Notes under the pieces: generated by a model | Told to the model about the DNA's origin: nothing | What the model saw: only the letters and a program-made list of their open reading frames with translations | Databases searched by the model: none | Program-made: the position numbers and the translations under genes | DNA from: Lysobacteraceae bacterium | Lineage (GTDB): Bacteria > Pseudomonadota > Gammaproteobacteria > Xanthomonadales > Xanthomonadaceae | Assembly: GCA_031263725.1 (NCBI GenBank) | Contig: JAISFF010000080.1 | Location: 18,080 to 50,079 of the forward strand | Direction: 5' to 3' | DNA: 32,000 bases | Part shown: positions 9,568 through 17,445 of the stretch, in pieces | Layout of the letters: each line of letters starts with the position of its first letter | Numbering within the stretch: position 1 is the stretch's first letter

Positions 9568-10325
9568 GGTGAACTCCTCATACAGCGAAACCCGAGATTG
9601 CCCATGGTGTTCTGCGGGCGCAGCGCCGCCAGCAAGGCTACCCGCTTGAGCATCGCGTAGTTGTCGAGATCGTTGAAAAACAGGGCCGCGCCTCCGCAGA
9701 ACTGCAATACGTCACCGTTGTCCTGCGAGCGGCTGTCGGCCACCGACAACAGACTGGAATAATCCTCCACCCATTCCCAGTGCGCGCCATGCAGGCCGTC
9801 GATGCCATAGACGTTGGCCGCACTCGATGTCGCGGAAGCCGGCGACAGCATCCCGTCGGTCAATATCCGCCGCCGCCATGCGGGATCGCCGCGCGCGTCC
9901 CGACGCGTTTCGTCGGCCGCGGCCACGTATTCCCATTCCAGCCAGGTCGGCAAGCGCGCATCCTGCTCCTTGCAGTAGGCATCCGCCGCATACCAGCTGA
10001 CATAGGTCACGGGCTGCCGTTCGGATGCCCGATCACCGAGCTCCGTGGGTCCCTGCCAATCGCGCAGATAGGCCGTATCGGAAAAAACCCGCGGAACCCT
10101 GCCGCGCTGCCACTGCGGATGCCGCTCGACGAACGCCAGGAACTCCGCATTGGTCACGGCGTTGCGCATCATCGCGAATGATTGGATGACCACATCGCCG
10201 TCGTTGTCCTCGTAGCGGATCATCGAACGGAACTCGCCACCGGGAATCCCGACATATTCCGCAGCCGCAGGCGCCGTCGCCAGCACCAGTGCCGCGATCG
10301 ATGTCCGGGATATCCACTTGCCCAT
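9564..10325 (-). CDS. nirV: formylglycine-generating-enzyme (SUMF1) family protein, NirV-like NirK accessory protein
   Basis: It has a signal peptide, then GGEFRSM...VTNAEFLAFV...PVTYVSWYAADAYCK...RLPTWLEWEYVA...HWEWVEDY...NLGFRC, which is an FGE-sulfatase fold. It sits 12 nt downstream of nirK, as described for nirK-nirV operons. Confidence 0.8.
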   Translation of the reverse strand: MGKWISRTSIAALVLATAPAAAEYVGIPGGEFRSMIRYEDNDGDVVIQSFAMMRNAVTNAEFLAFVERHPQWQRGRVPRVFSDTAYLRDWQGPTELGDRASERQPVTYVSWYAADAYCKEQDARLPTWLEWEYVAAADETRRDARGDPAWRRRILTDGMLSPASATSSAANVYGIDGLHGAHWEWVEDYSSLLSVADSRSQDNGDVLQFCGGAALFFNDLDNYAMLKRVALLAALRPQNTMGNLGFRCMRSSP

Positions 10326-10337
10326 CGCAAGCAGCCT

Positions 10338-11411
10338 TTACCGCTGCATCGTCTGTGCCGGAGCAGCGTATTCCCGATCGGACTGCTGTCCGGTATAGAT
10401 GCTGCGGTTCGGCTCGCCATCGACCTTCAGGATTCCCAGCGTACCCTTGTGGAAAGTACGGAAGATGCTGTGATCGACCAGGGTGAAACTGCCCGGCACT
10501 TCGGTCCTGAACTCGACGATGGCCGCGCCGCCCGCGGGAACCAGCGTGGTCTGCACGTTCTCCTGATAGCGGCTACCCCCTTCGGTATAGACACGATCGA
10601 AGATTTCGCCGATGACGTGGAAGCTGGACACCAGATTGGGACCGCCGTTGCCCACGAACAACCGCACCTTGTCGCCCGCCCGCGCGGTCAGCGCGTTGTC
10701 GCCGGTCAGCGAGCCCACGGCGCCATTGAACAGTACATAGGTCGGATGTTCTTCAATGGCCTTGTCCATGCTCAGCGTCTGCAGGCCGCGATCATCGTAA
10801 TTGCCTTCGGTATAGAAATCGCCCTGCATCACGTAATACTCGTGATCCACCGGCGACAGCCCTTCCGGCGGTTCGACCAGGATCAGGCCGTACATGCCGT
10901 TGGCGATGTGCATGCCCACCGGCGGCATCGCGCAGTGATAGACGAAAAGGCCGGGATTCATAGCCTGGAAGCTGAACTGCGTTTCATGACCGGGCAAGGT
11001 GAACGTGGCTTCCGCACCGCCGCCGGTACCGGTGACGGCGTGCAGATCGATGTTGTGCGACATGTGCGAGTCGTGCGAATTCTTCAGATGGAATTCGACC
11101 GTATCGCCCTGCCGGACGCGGATGAAGCTGCCGGGCACCGTGCCACCGAAGGTCCAGAACATGTAGGTGGCATCCTTGGAAATCGGCATTTCCTTTTCGA
11201 TCACTTCCAGCTCGACCACCACCTTGGCAGGCGTCTTGCGGTTGGTGGGCGGCGGCACCATCGGCGGGGCGGTCAGAACCGCCTGGATGGTTTCGGCGGG
11301 CGCCGCCGGACCCGCTTCGGTATTGCGCGCCGCCAACGCCTGGCCGGCCCCGAAGACGCCCGCGCCACACAGCAAAGCACAAGACAAAAGACTCAAAGAT
11401 AAACGCTTCAT
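10338..11411 (-). CDS. nirK: copper-containing nitrite reductase
   Basis: The track ORF 10338..11963 is over-extended. The ATG at 11409-11411 follows AGGAAG and gives the signal peptide [28 protein letters not shown]. The type 1/type 2 Cu ligand motifs [10 protein letters not shown] and [18 protein letters not shown] are present. Length is 357 aa. Confidence 0.95.
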   Translation of the reverse strand: MKRLSLSLLSCALLCGAGVFGAGQALAARNTEAGPAAPAETIQAVLTAPPMVPPPTNRKTPAKVVVELEVIEKEMPISKDATYMFWTFGGTVPGSFIRVRQGDTVEFHLKNSHDSHMSHNIDLHAVTGTGGGAEATFTLPGHETQFSFQAMNPGLFVYHCAMPPVGMHIANGMYGLILVEPPEGLSPVDHEYYVMQGDFYTEGNYDDRGLQTLSMDKAIEEHPTYVLFNGAVGSLTGDNALTARAGDKVRLFVGNGGPNLVSSFHVIGEIFDRVYTEGGSRYQENVQTTLVPAGGAAIVEFRTEVPGSFTLVDHSIFRTFHKGTLGILKVDGEPNRSIYTGQQSDREYAAPAQTMQR

Positions 11412-11483
11412 TTCGCTTCCTCGTTGGTGGACGTGGCCTAGGGCCGATGTCGTCCAAAGTATGACCCGCAAATTAACGTCACC

Positions 11484-11497
11484 TTGACGTATGTCAA
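11484..11497. promoter_or_regulatory. FNR/DNR-type binding site upstream of nirK
   Basis: TTGACGTATGTCAA is a perfect palindrome (TTGAC-N4-GTCAA), centred about 80 nt upstream of the nirK ATG. A CATACT -10-like hexamer (minus strand, 11458-11463) starts 20 nt after the palindrome. That spacing suits a class II (-41.5) FNR promoter. Confidence 0.75.
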
Positions 11498-11662
11498 AGC
11501 ATGTCGTGTTAAGGAAGATGTACAGAGTATTAAAATCGAAATTCAATTCATCCGGCGAATTACCGAGCCAGGCTGGACATTTTTTGCCACGATTCGTGGA
11601 ATACCTGCCCTGCCCTTGGTGCCGGGCGGTCGATTCCCCGGTCGGATCCGGCTGGCGGGAAA

Positions 11663-12067
11663 TCAGGCCGGCCCGACATAGAGCAGCCATCCCAACGGAT
11701 GGTGCGTACGCGCAACACCGTAGATCTGCCCGTAGACCAGCAGGGCGCAGACGAGGAACAGCCCGCGGGAGCGCCGGGTGCGCCCGCGTTTGAGCGCGAA
11801 CACGCCCAGAACGATGTACAGCAGTACCAATGGAATCTTCATTGCCAGCCAACCACTGGCAAAGAAGCCATCGGGCAGCATCGTCACCAGCATCAGCGCC
11901 GCCGTCAACAGCACCGTATCGACGGTGTAGCTGAAATAGCGGACCGGCGCCGCCAGCGGCCAACGCATCCCCGCCAGCGCCGAGGCACCGCGCAATGCGA
12001 ACAATCCGCCGCTGAGAAAGGCGGCGGTCATGTGCAGCAGCCTGATATGCGGATAGAACTGGATCAT
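11663..12067 (-). CDS. SirB2/YchQ-family small inner-membrane protein
   Basis: From the ATG at 12065-12067 (preceded by AGGAGG) it reads [27 protein letters not shown]...[12 protein letters not shown]...[25 protein letters not shown]. This fits the four-TM SirB2 pattern as I remember it. Its start is 7 nt after the nnrS stop. Confidence 0.65.
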   Translation of the reverse strand: MIQFYPHIRLLHMTAAFLSGGLFALRGASALAGMRWPLAAPVRYFSYTVDTVLLTAALMLVTMLPDGFFASGWLAMKIPLVLLYIVLGVFALKRGRTRRSRGLFLVCALLVYGQIYGVARTHHPLGWLLYVGPA

Positions 12068-12074
12068 GCCCCTC

Positions 12075-13304
12075 CTATCCGGGACGACCATCCGCGCGCG
12101 GGCTGAGATAGATCCATCCCATCCGCAACGCCCAGGGAACCAGTACCAATACCCAACCGATGGCCGAAACGATCTGCCACGACAAGGGATCGGCCATCAC
12201 GTCGGAAATGACGCGGGTCGCGGCGACGATCTGCATGGCCATGAAAGCCAGCCAACTGATCATCGGCATCCGCAACGGACGGCCCGAATGGCCCTGCGTC
12301 ACCCGCGTCACCATCGCGATCAGGACGCTGCCGAAAAAGCCGACGAACAATGCATGCATCGGTGCGCGGCTCATCAGGAATTCCCCGGTGAAGCAATACA
12401 GCAGGCTCTGCGCGGAGTACAGGGCAAAGCCGACCGGCAGCCATGCCAACCCGATGAACAACACCGCCAGCAGACCCGGCATTCGCCGCCGCGGGCACCA
12501 GCGCCAGAAAACGATACAGCTCAGCGCCAGCAAGGGCACGTCCGCCAGCCACAACCATGCATATGCATGGCGCAACTCCAGTGCCAGATGCGCGAGCGCC
12601 GCCATCCAGACGATGGCAAGCCACCACATCGGCCGCCAGGGCTTGTAGCCGGGAACCACGTTGGCCGCGAAAAACGGAAACATCCGGTGCGCCACGGTCA
12701 CGTAGACCAGCAGCAAGAAGATGCTTCCCGTCTTGATGCTGAAGAACACCCAGAACCAGTCGGCCCCCAATACATAGGCGAGGAACGCCACATACCCGGC
12801 ATAGCCGAGCAACATGGCCGCATAGCAGGAACGTGCATGCCAAGTCCGTCCCCGATCTTGCAGCAGACGTTTGCCGAGCAACAGCAGTCCGATACTCCAG
12901 CCTCCCAGCGCCAGCCACAGGCCGGTCACGAAGCCGGCACGCCAGCCAGCCGCCGCCAGCAGGATCGCCAGTTGTCCACCCAGCAACCCTGCCCCGACCA
13001 TGACATAGCGATGCCGCTCGAATTCGGCCAGTCCCATCCAGCGCGGGAATACCGTCAGCAGGAACCCGAATATGAAGCTCGGCAACGTCAGATACTGCAT
13101 CACGAACGCATGCACCCAACCGGCGTGGACGGGCGGCTCCGGCATCTCCAGGAAATGCCAACGCGCGGCCATCAGCCACAACGCCCACCACAGCATCGCC
13201 AGCGTCAGATTCCCCGCACCGATGAAAAACATCAGACGATGCGGCGCCTGAATCAATTGCCTCGGAGAGGTCTTTTGCGTCATGGGCAAGGAAAATATGG
13301 ACAT
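12075..13304 (-). CDS. nnrS: NnrS-family haem/copper membrane protein (NO-stress associated)
   Basis: About 400 aa and polytopic. The N-terminal APHRLMFFIGAGNL signature and His-containing TM helices are typical of NnrS. The alternative ATG at 13283 is less likely because it has no SD. Confidence 0.85.
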   Translation of the reverse strand: MSIFSLPMTQKTSPRQLIQAPHRLMFFIGAGNLTLAMLWWALWLMAARWHFLEMPEPPVHAGWVHAFVMQYLTLPSFIFGFLLTVFPRWMGLAEFERHRYVMVGAGLLGGQLAILLAAAGWRAGFVTGLWLALGGWSIGLLLLGKRLLQDRGRTWHARSCYAAMLLGYAGYVAFLAYVLGADWFWVFFSIKTGSIFLLLVYVTVAHRMFPFFAANVVPGYKPWRPMWWLAIVWMAALAHLALELRHAYAWLWLADVPLLALSCIVFWRWCPRRRMPGLLAVLFIGLAWLPVGFALYSAQSLLYCFTGEFLMSRAPMHALFVGFFGSVLIAMVTRVTQGHSGRPLRMPMISWLAFMAMQIVAATRVISDVMADPLSWQIVSAIGWVLVLVPWALRMGWIYLSPRADGRPG

Positions 13305-13436
13305 TGGTTGCTTCTTTCGATCTTTAATCTGCTCATGTACGGATTCCGGTCGGAACGGAGTCCAAGGGCGGCACCGATCCCATGACCGATCGCCGTCCCT
13401 GGATGCGACCTGGACACTCCTTTTCCCGCGTGCCGA

Positions 13437-15731
13437 TCAGGCCTGGGAATAATCCGGGTCATCGCGGTCCGCCGCCCCGGTCTGCACAGCCTGCTTTCTC
13501 GGCGCGATCCAGAGCCGCAGCACGAACCAGGCCAGCACCACGGCACCGATGCTGAACAAGGTATCGCCCGGCACCCGCATCCATACCAGCATCTCGATCA
13601 GCGGCTGCTGCATGAACTCGGCCGAGCGCACATACCAGTACCCATGTTTCAACGAGGCATTGAGCTGCAGGATGCCCATCGGCAACAGCGTGAACAGCGA
13701 CATCCCCGCCAGACCGATGTTCAAGGTCCAGAAGCTGGTCTTCAGCAGCTTCTCGTTCCATTCGACCTCAGGCTTCAGACCGCGCAGGCAGAACAGCATC
13801 AGCCCGATGCCCAGCATTCCATAGACCCCGAACATCGCGGTATGCCCATGGTTCGGCGTCAGGTTCAGTCCCTGCATGTAGTACAGCGACAGCGGCGGAT
13901 TGATCAGGAATCCGAACAGACCGGCACCGACCAGGTTCCAGAAAGAGACCGCGATGAAGAACATGATCGGCCAACGGTATTTGCTCATCCATGGCGTCGC
14001 CCTGCCCATCCGGTAATTCTGGTACGCCTCGAATCCGATATAGGCCAGCGGTACCACCTCCAGCGCCGAGAAGCTGGCACCGAGCGCGATCACCGCCGTC
14101 GGCGTGCCGGCGAAGTAAAGATGATGCAGCGTTCCCAGCACGCCGCCGGCCATGAAGATGATGGTCGCGAACAGCACCGCCATCGTCGCGCTCCGTACCT
14201 GCAGCAGGCCGAGCCTGGTGAACAGGAAGGAAATCACCGCGACCGCAAAGACCTCGAAGAAGCCTTCGACCCAGAGATGCACCACCCACCAACGCCAGTA
14301 CTCGACCATCGACAAGGAAGTGTGCTCGCCCCACATCAGCCCCGCCGCGTAGAACAGCCCGATGGCCACGGTGGAAAGGAACAGCAGCAACACGATATTG
14401 CGCGATTCCCCTTCGCCGCGCAGCGCCGGCCAGAGCGCGCGGCCGACCAGGGTCAGCCACAGCATCAGACCGATGAAAAGGAATATCTGCCAGAACCTTC
14501 CCAGATCGACGAACTCCCACCCCTGGTGTCCGAACCAGAAATTGTGTTCCAGGCCGAGCTTCTGCATGACCGCGAGCCATTGTCCGGCGAAAGCGCCGAC
14601 CACGATGATCAGCAGGCATACCCACAATACATTGACGCCGAGACGCTGGTATTTTGGCTCGAACCCCGAAATGGCCGGTGCGATATACAAACCGGTGGCC
14701 AGCCATGCCGTCGCGATCCAGAGTACCGCCAACTGGGTATGCCAAGTTCGCGTCAACGAGTAAGGCAATATCTCCGACAATGCGATCCCATACGCTTGCT
14801 GTCCCTCGACCTGATAATGCGCCGTGATCGCCCCCAACAGTATCTGTGCCAGGAACAATGCGATCACCACCCAGAAATATTTCGCGGTCGCCTTCATCGA
14901 CGGCGTTATTTCGATTGCCGCCAACGGGTCGGTCTTCGGCAAGTCCGGGAGCATTTCATCGGCATGATTGACGGCATAATGCCAGCCGAGCAATCCGATG
15001 CCCGCGATCAGGAACAGGATGCTGAAAACGGTCCAGACGAACATGCCGGGCGTGGGTTTGTTTCCGACCAGATCCTCCGCCGGCCAATTGGCGGTATAGC
15101 TGATATCCGAACCGGGACGGTCGGTGACCGTCGCCCATGCCGTCCACCAGTAAAAGGCGGCCAATTGACGGCGATGCTCCGCATCCGGCACGGTGTTGTT
15201 GCGCATTGCATAAGCTTCCCGCAGATCGGCCGTGGCGGGATCGTTGCCGAACAGGCTTTCATAATGCGCCGCCACCAATCTGACGGCGGTCGCGCGATCG
15301 ACATCCAGCGTCACCGTTCCGGTGCCCGGATCGTAGATATTCGGCTTCATCAACGCCCGCAGCCGCGCGCGATAGGCAGCCTGATCCGGTCCGTCCAGAT
15401 CGGCGAACCCGCCCGCGCCTTTCTCCCGGCGCGCCCACAGACCGGCGATCGTCTCGGCTTCGCGATGCAGCCAGTCCGCGCTCCAGTCCGGCGCGACATA
15501 ACCGCCGTGTCCCCATATCGATCCCAGTTGCTGGCCGCCGATCGACTGCCAGACTTGTCGTCCGGTTTCGATATCGCTGCGCGAGTAAATGAGATTGCCG
15601 TCGCCATCGACGACGCGTTCCGGGACAGGCGGCGCCTGGCGATGCACTTCGCTGCCTACCCACAGCAGTACCGAAAAAGAAACCGTCAGCAATATGGCCA
15701 GTCCGGCCCATAGCTTGCGAGTTGAATTCAC
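13437..15731 (-). CDS. norB: quinol-dependent nitric oxide reductase (qNor, single-subunit NorB/NorZ type)
   Basis: 764 aa with an N-terminal TM plus periplasmic extension (QVWQSIGGQQLGSIWGHGGYVAPDWSADWLHRE) fused to a haem-copper-oxidase-like 12-TM core (HLWVEGFFEVF, GTLHHLYF, HGHTAMFGVYG). The start is the GTG at 15729-15731, with GAGG 9 nt upstream. Confidence 0.95.
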   Translation of the reverse strand: MNSTRKLWAGLAILLTVSFSVLLWVGSEVHRQAPPVPERVVDGDGNLIYSRSDIETGRQVWQSIGGQQLGSIWGHGGYVAPDWSADWLHREAETIAGLWARREKGAGGFADLDGPDQAAYRARLRALMKPNIYDPGTGTVTLDVDRATAVRLVAAHYESLFGNDPATADLREAYAMRNNTVPDAEHRRQLAAFYWWTAWATVTDRPGSDISYTANWPAEDLVGNKPTPGMFVWTVFSILFLIAGIGLLGWHYAVNHADEMLPDLPKTDPLAAIEITPSMKATAKYFWVVIALFLAQILLGAITAHYQVEGQQAYGIALSEILPYSLTRTWHTQLAVLWIATAWLATGLYIAPAISGFEPKYQRLGVNVLWVCLLIIVVGAFAGQWLAVMQKLGLEHNFWFGHQGWEFVDLGRFWQIFLFIGLMLWLTLVGRALWPALRGEGESRNIVLLLFLSTVAIGLFYAAGLMWGEHTSLSMVEYWRWWVVHLWVEGFFEVFAVAVISFLFTRLGLLQVRSATMAVLFATIIFMAGGVLGTLHHLYFAGTPTAVIALGASFSALEVVPLAYIGFEAYQNYRMGRATPWMSKYRWPIMFFIAVSFWNLVGAGLFGFLINPPLSLYYMQGLNLTPNHGHTAMFGVYGMLGIGLMLFCLRGLKPEVEWNEKLLKTSFWTLNIGLAGMSLFTLLPMGILQLNASLKHGYWYVRSAEFMQQPLIEMLVWMRVPGDTLFSIGAVVLAWFVLRLWIAPRKQAVQTGAADRDDPDYSQA

Positions 15732-15791
15732 GACAAGGCACCTCTTCCATCAAGTCGCCCTTATCATCCGCCGCCGCGGACACGTCATCCC

Positions 15792-15805
15792 ATGACCTAT
15801 GTCAA
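15792..15805. promoter_or_regulatory. FNR/DNR-type binding site upstream of norB
   Basis: ATGACCTATGTCAA matches the nirK site TTGAC-N4-GTCAA at 13 of 14 positions if the central N4 is ignored. It is centred about 67 nt upstream of the norB GTG. Confidence 0.6.
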
Positions 15806-15872
15806 CCGCGTCACATTCCGCAGTGGTATCGTCATGTGAATTTCACGAACAAAAACGGATTCCGATCCGCGA

Positions 15873-16628
15873 TCAGTAGCGCAGCACGGTCAGCGCCATG
15901 GTTTCGAGACGATCCATATCGATTATTTCCACATCGCGCAATTTGATACGGACCAGTCCGTCGCGTTCGAACCGGCGCAATACGCGGCTGACCGTTTCCG
16001 GCGCCTGGCGCAGATAATTGGCGATATCGGTACGCGGCATCGTCAACTGGAAATGGCGTGGCGAAAAACCGCGCGCCGCCAGCCGGCGCGACAGGCTGAT
16101 CAGGAATGCCGCCATCCTTTCGTCGGCCGAACGGTTGCCGGTATACAGCGAGACCGAGCCGATGTCGCGGCTCATCAACTTGAACAGATGCTTCTGCAAA
16201 TTCGGCAGGCGCGTCGCCAGCGTCGCGATCTGCGGAAACGAAAACTGGCAAAGCATGACCGTATCCAGCGCGATGGCATCACAGGGATAACGTTCGCCAT
16301 CGATAGCGTTCAATCCGATGACTTCGCCCGGAAGATGGAATCCCAACACCTGCTCGTCGCCGTCACGGCTCAGCAGGCTGGTCTTCACCGTCCCTGCGCG
16401 CACCGCCGCGATCACATTGAACGGATCGCCTTCGCGGAACACGTATTCGCCGGGCCGCAGGGGCCCCACATGGTCTATCAGCACATGCAGATCCTTCAAT
16501 GCCGATTTGTCCATGCCTTCGGACAGGCATGCCTGGGAAAAAGCACAGCTTGAACAGAACGTCAGTTCATCGCCATCGTTGGCAAGTGTGTTCGAATCGA
16601 CCTGGGGAAACGCAGTGCGGAAACTCAT
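15873..16628 (-). CDS. fnr: FNR-type [4Fe-4S] oxygen-sensing Crp/Fnr-family transcription regulator
   Basis: From the ATG at 16626-16628. The N-terminal C-x2-C-x5-C cluster (FCSSCAFSQAC) plus a central Cys (ERYPCDAIAL) mirror E. coli FNR Cys20/23/29/122. It has a cNMP-like beta-roll, and an HTH with the E--SR recognition motif (PETVSRVLRRF). The track N-terminus (to 16748) is over-extended. Confidence 0.85.
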   Translation of the reverse strand: MSFRTAFPQVDSNTLANDGDELTFCSSCAFSQACLSEGMDKSALKDLHVLIDHVGPLRPGEYVFREGDPFNVIAAVRAGTVKTSLLSRDGDEQVLGFHLPGEVIGLNAIDGERYPCDAIALDTVMLCQFSFPQIATLATRLPNLQKHLFKLMSRDIGSVSLYTGNRSADERMAAFLISLSRRLAARGFSPRHFQLTMPRTDIANYLRQAPETVSRVLRRFERDGLVRIKLRDVEIIDMDRLETMALTVLRY

Positions 16629-16952
16629 GGCGGTATGGCGGGCTCCAACCGGCAGCCGGACGCTCACAATGGATTCAAGGAATCGAGAAGCGGCGACGGC
16701 CCGTGCAAATTGGCGGAAATGATAAGCAAATCGGGCTGACCACGCCATCTTGCCGATGCCGCATCGGCACTATCACGCTGATTTGCAACATGAATCGGCA
16801 AGCATCGGCATGCGCGCGATTGCCCCGCGACCGTGCATCGGTCGCTCGGACCCTCGGCGCACCGGCGTCTGCCACGAAACCGATGCGTGCGCGCAACCGG
16901 CTGCGACACTCAAGCCAAGCCTATCGAATCGATCGACAGCACACCGAACGTG

Positions 16953-17408
16953 TTACGGCGCGTCGCGCCGTACCTGCAATTCGACCTCGAGCGAATCGCC
17001 ATCGGCCAGCAACAGGCGCAAGGGCACTTTCTGGTCCAGTTCCAGCTCGCCTGCCGGTTGCATCAGCATCAGATGCAGGCCGCCGGGTTGCAGCACGATT
17101 TCCTTGCCCGGCCCGATTCCGAGCCGCTCGACTTCACGCATCCGGCTGACGCCATCGACCTGTACGGTTTCGTGCAATGACACATCCGCATACAGCGGAC
17201 TGCGGGCAGCCACCACGGCCACAGGCCGCGCGCAATCGTTGCGCAACTTGCCGTATCCCGCTTGCATGGCCATGCCGGAGGCCGGTATCCAGCGGATCCA
17301 GCCCTCGCTCCAGGTTGGCTCGCAGACCGCCGCCTCGGTGGCGGCGTGGGCGTTCAACGCCAGCAATGCCGTCAAGACTAAAAGCGAGGAGGCGCGTTTT
17401 CGGTTCAT
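16953..17408 (-). CDS. periplasmic copper chaperone PCu(A)C (DUF461)
   Basis: From the ATG at 17406-17408 there is a signal peptide MNRKRASSLLVLTALLALNAHA, then the Cu(I) ligand pattern H...M (SLHETVQVDGVSRMREV) and HLMLM. The size (151 aa) fits the family. Confidence 0.8.
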   Translation of the reverse strand: MNRKRASSLLVLTALLALNAHAATEAAVCEPTWSEGWIRWIPASGMAMQAGYGKLRNDCARPVAVVAARSPLYADVSLHETVQVDGVSRMREVERLGIGPGKEIVLQPGGLHLMLMQPAGELELDQKVPLRLLLADGDSLEVELQVRRDAP

Positions 17409-17445
17409 CGGCCTATCATATCCGCAATTCCCCTGGAGACAACGA

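Noticed and set aside
11563-11600. T6 run plus CCACG-att-CGTGG hairpin downstream of the sirB2-like gene
   Set aside because: On the transcribed (minus) strand the hairpin is followed by an A-run, not a U-run. The orientation is therefore wrong for an intrinsic terminator of sirB2.
11412-11963. N-terminal extension of the nirK ORF in the track (541 aa)
   Set aside because: The extension crosses the FNR site, the AT-rich promoter region and the end of the sirB2-like gene. The internal ATG at 11411 has an SD and yields a normal signal peptide. Similar over-extensions were trimmed for recA, fnr, PCuAC, the isomerase, FKBP, rlmB and the acyl-CoA synthetase.
13644-15713. 689-aa plus-strand ORF
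   Set aside because: It is antisense to qNor norB and has a hydrophilic R/Q/H/P-rich low-complexity translation. It is a shadow ORF. The same reasoning applies to 5828..7369 (+), 7410..8828 (-), 10182..11402 (+), 12066..13385 (+), 1653..2618 (+), 17416..18300 (-), 19127..20197 (+), 20665..21723 (+), 22892..23848 (-), 23827..24774 (-), 25564..26919 (+) and 3412..4716 (-).
16751-16769. Hairpin TGCCGATG-ccg-CATCGGCA and recurring CATCGGCA words in the 324-nt fnr-PCuAC spacer
   Set aside because: It has no U-tail on either strand and lies about 190 nt from the PCuAC stop. I found no FNR-type site for autoregulation. It may be incidental GC-rich secondary structure, and I cannot support a function.
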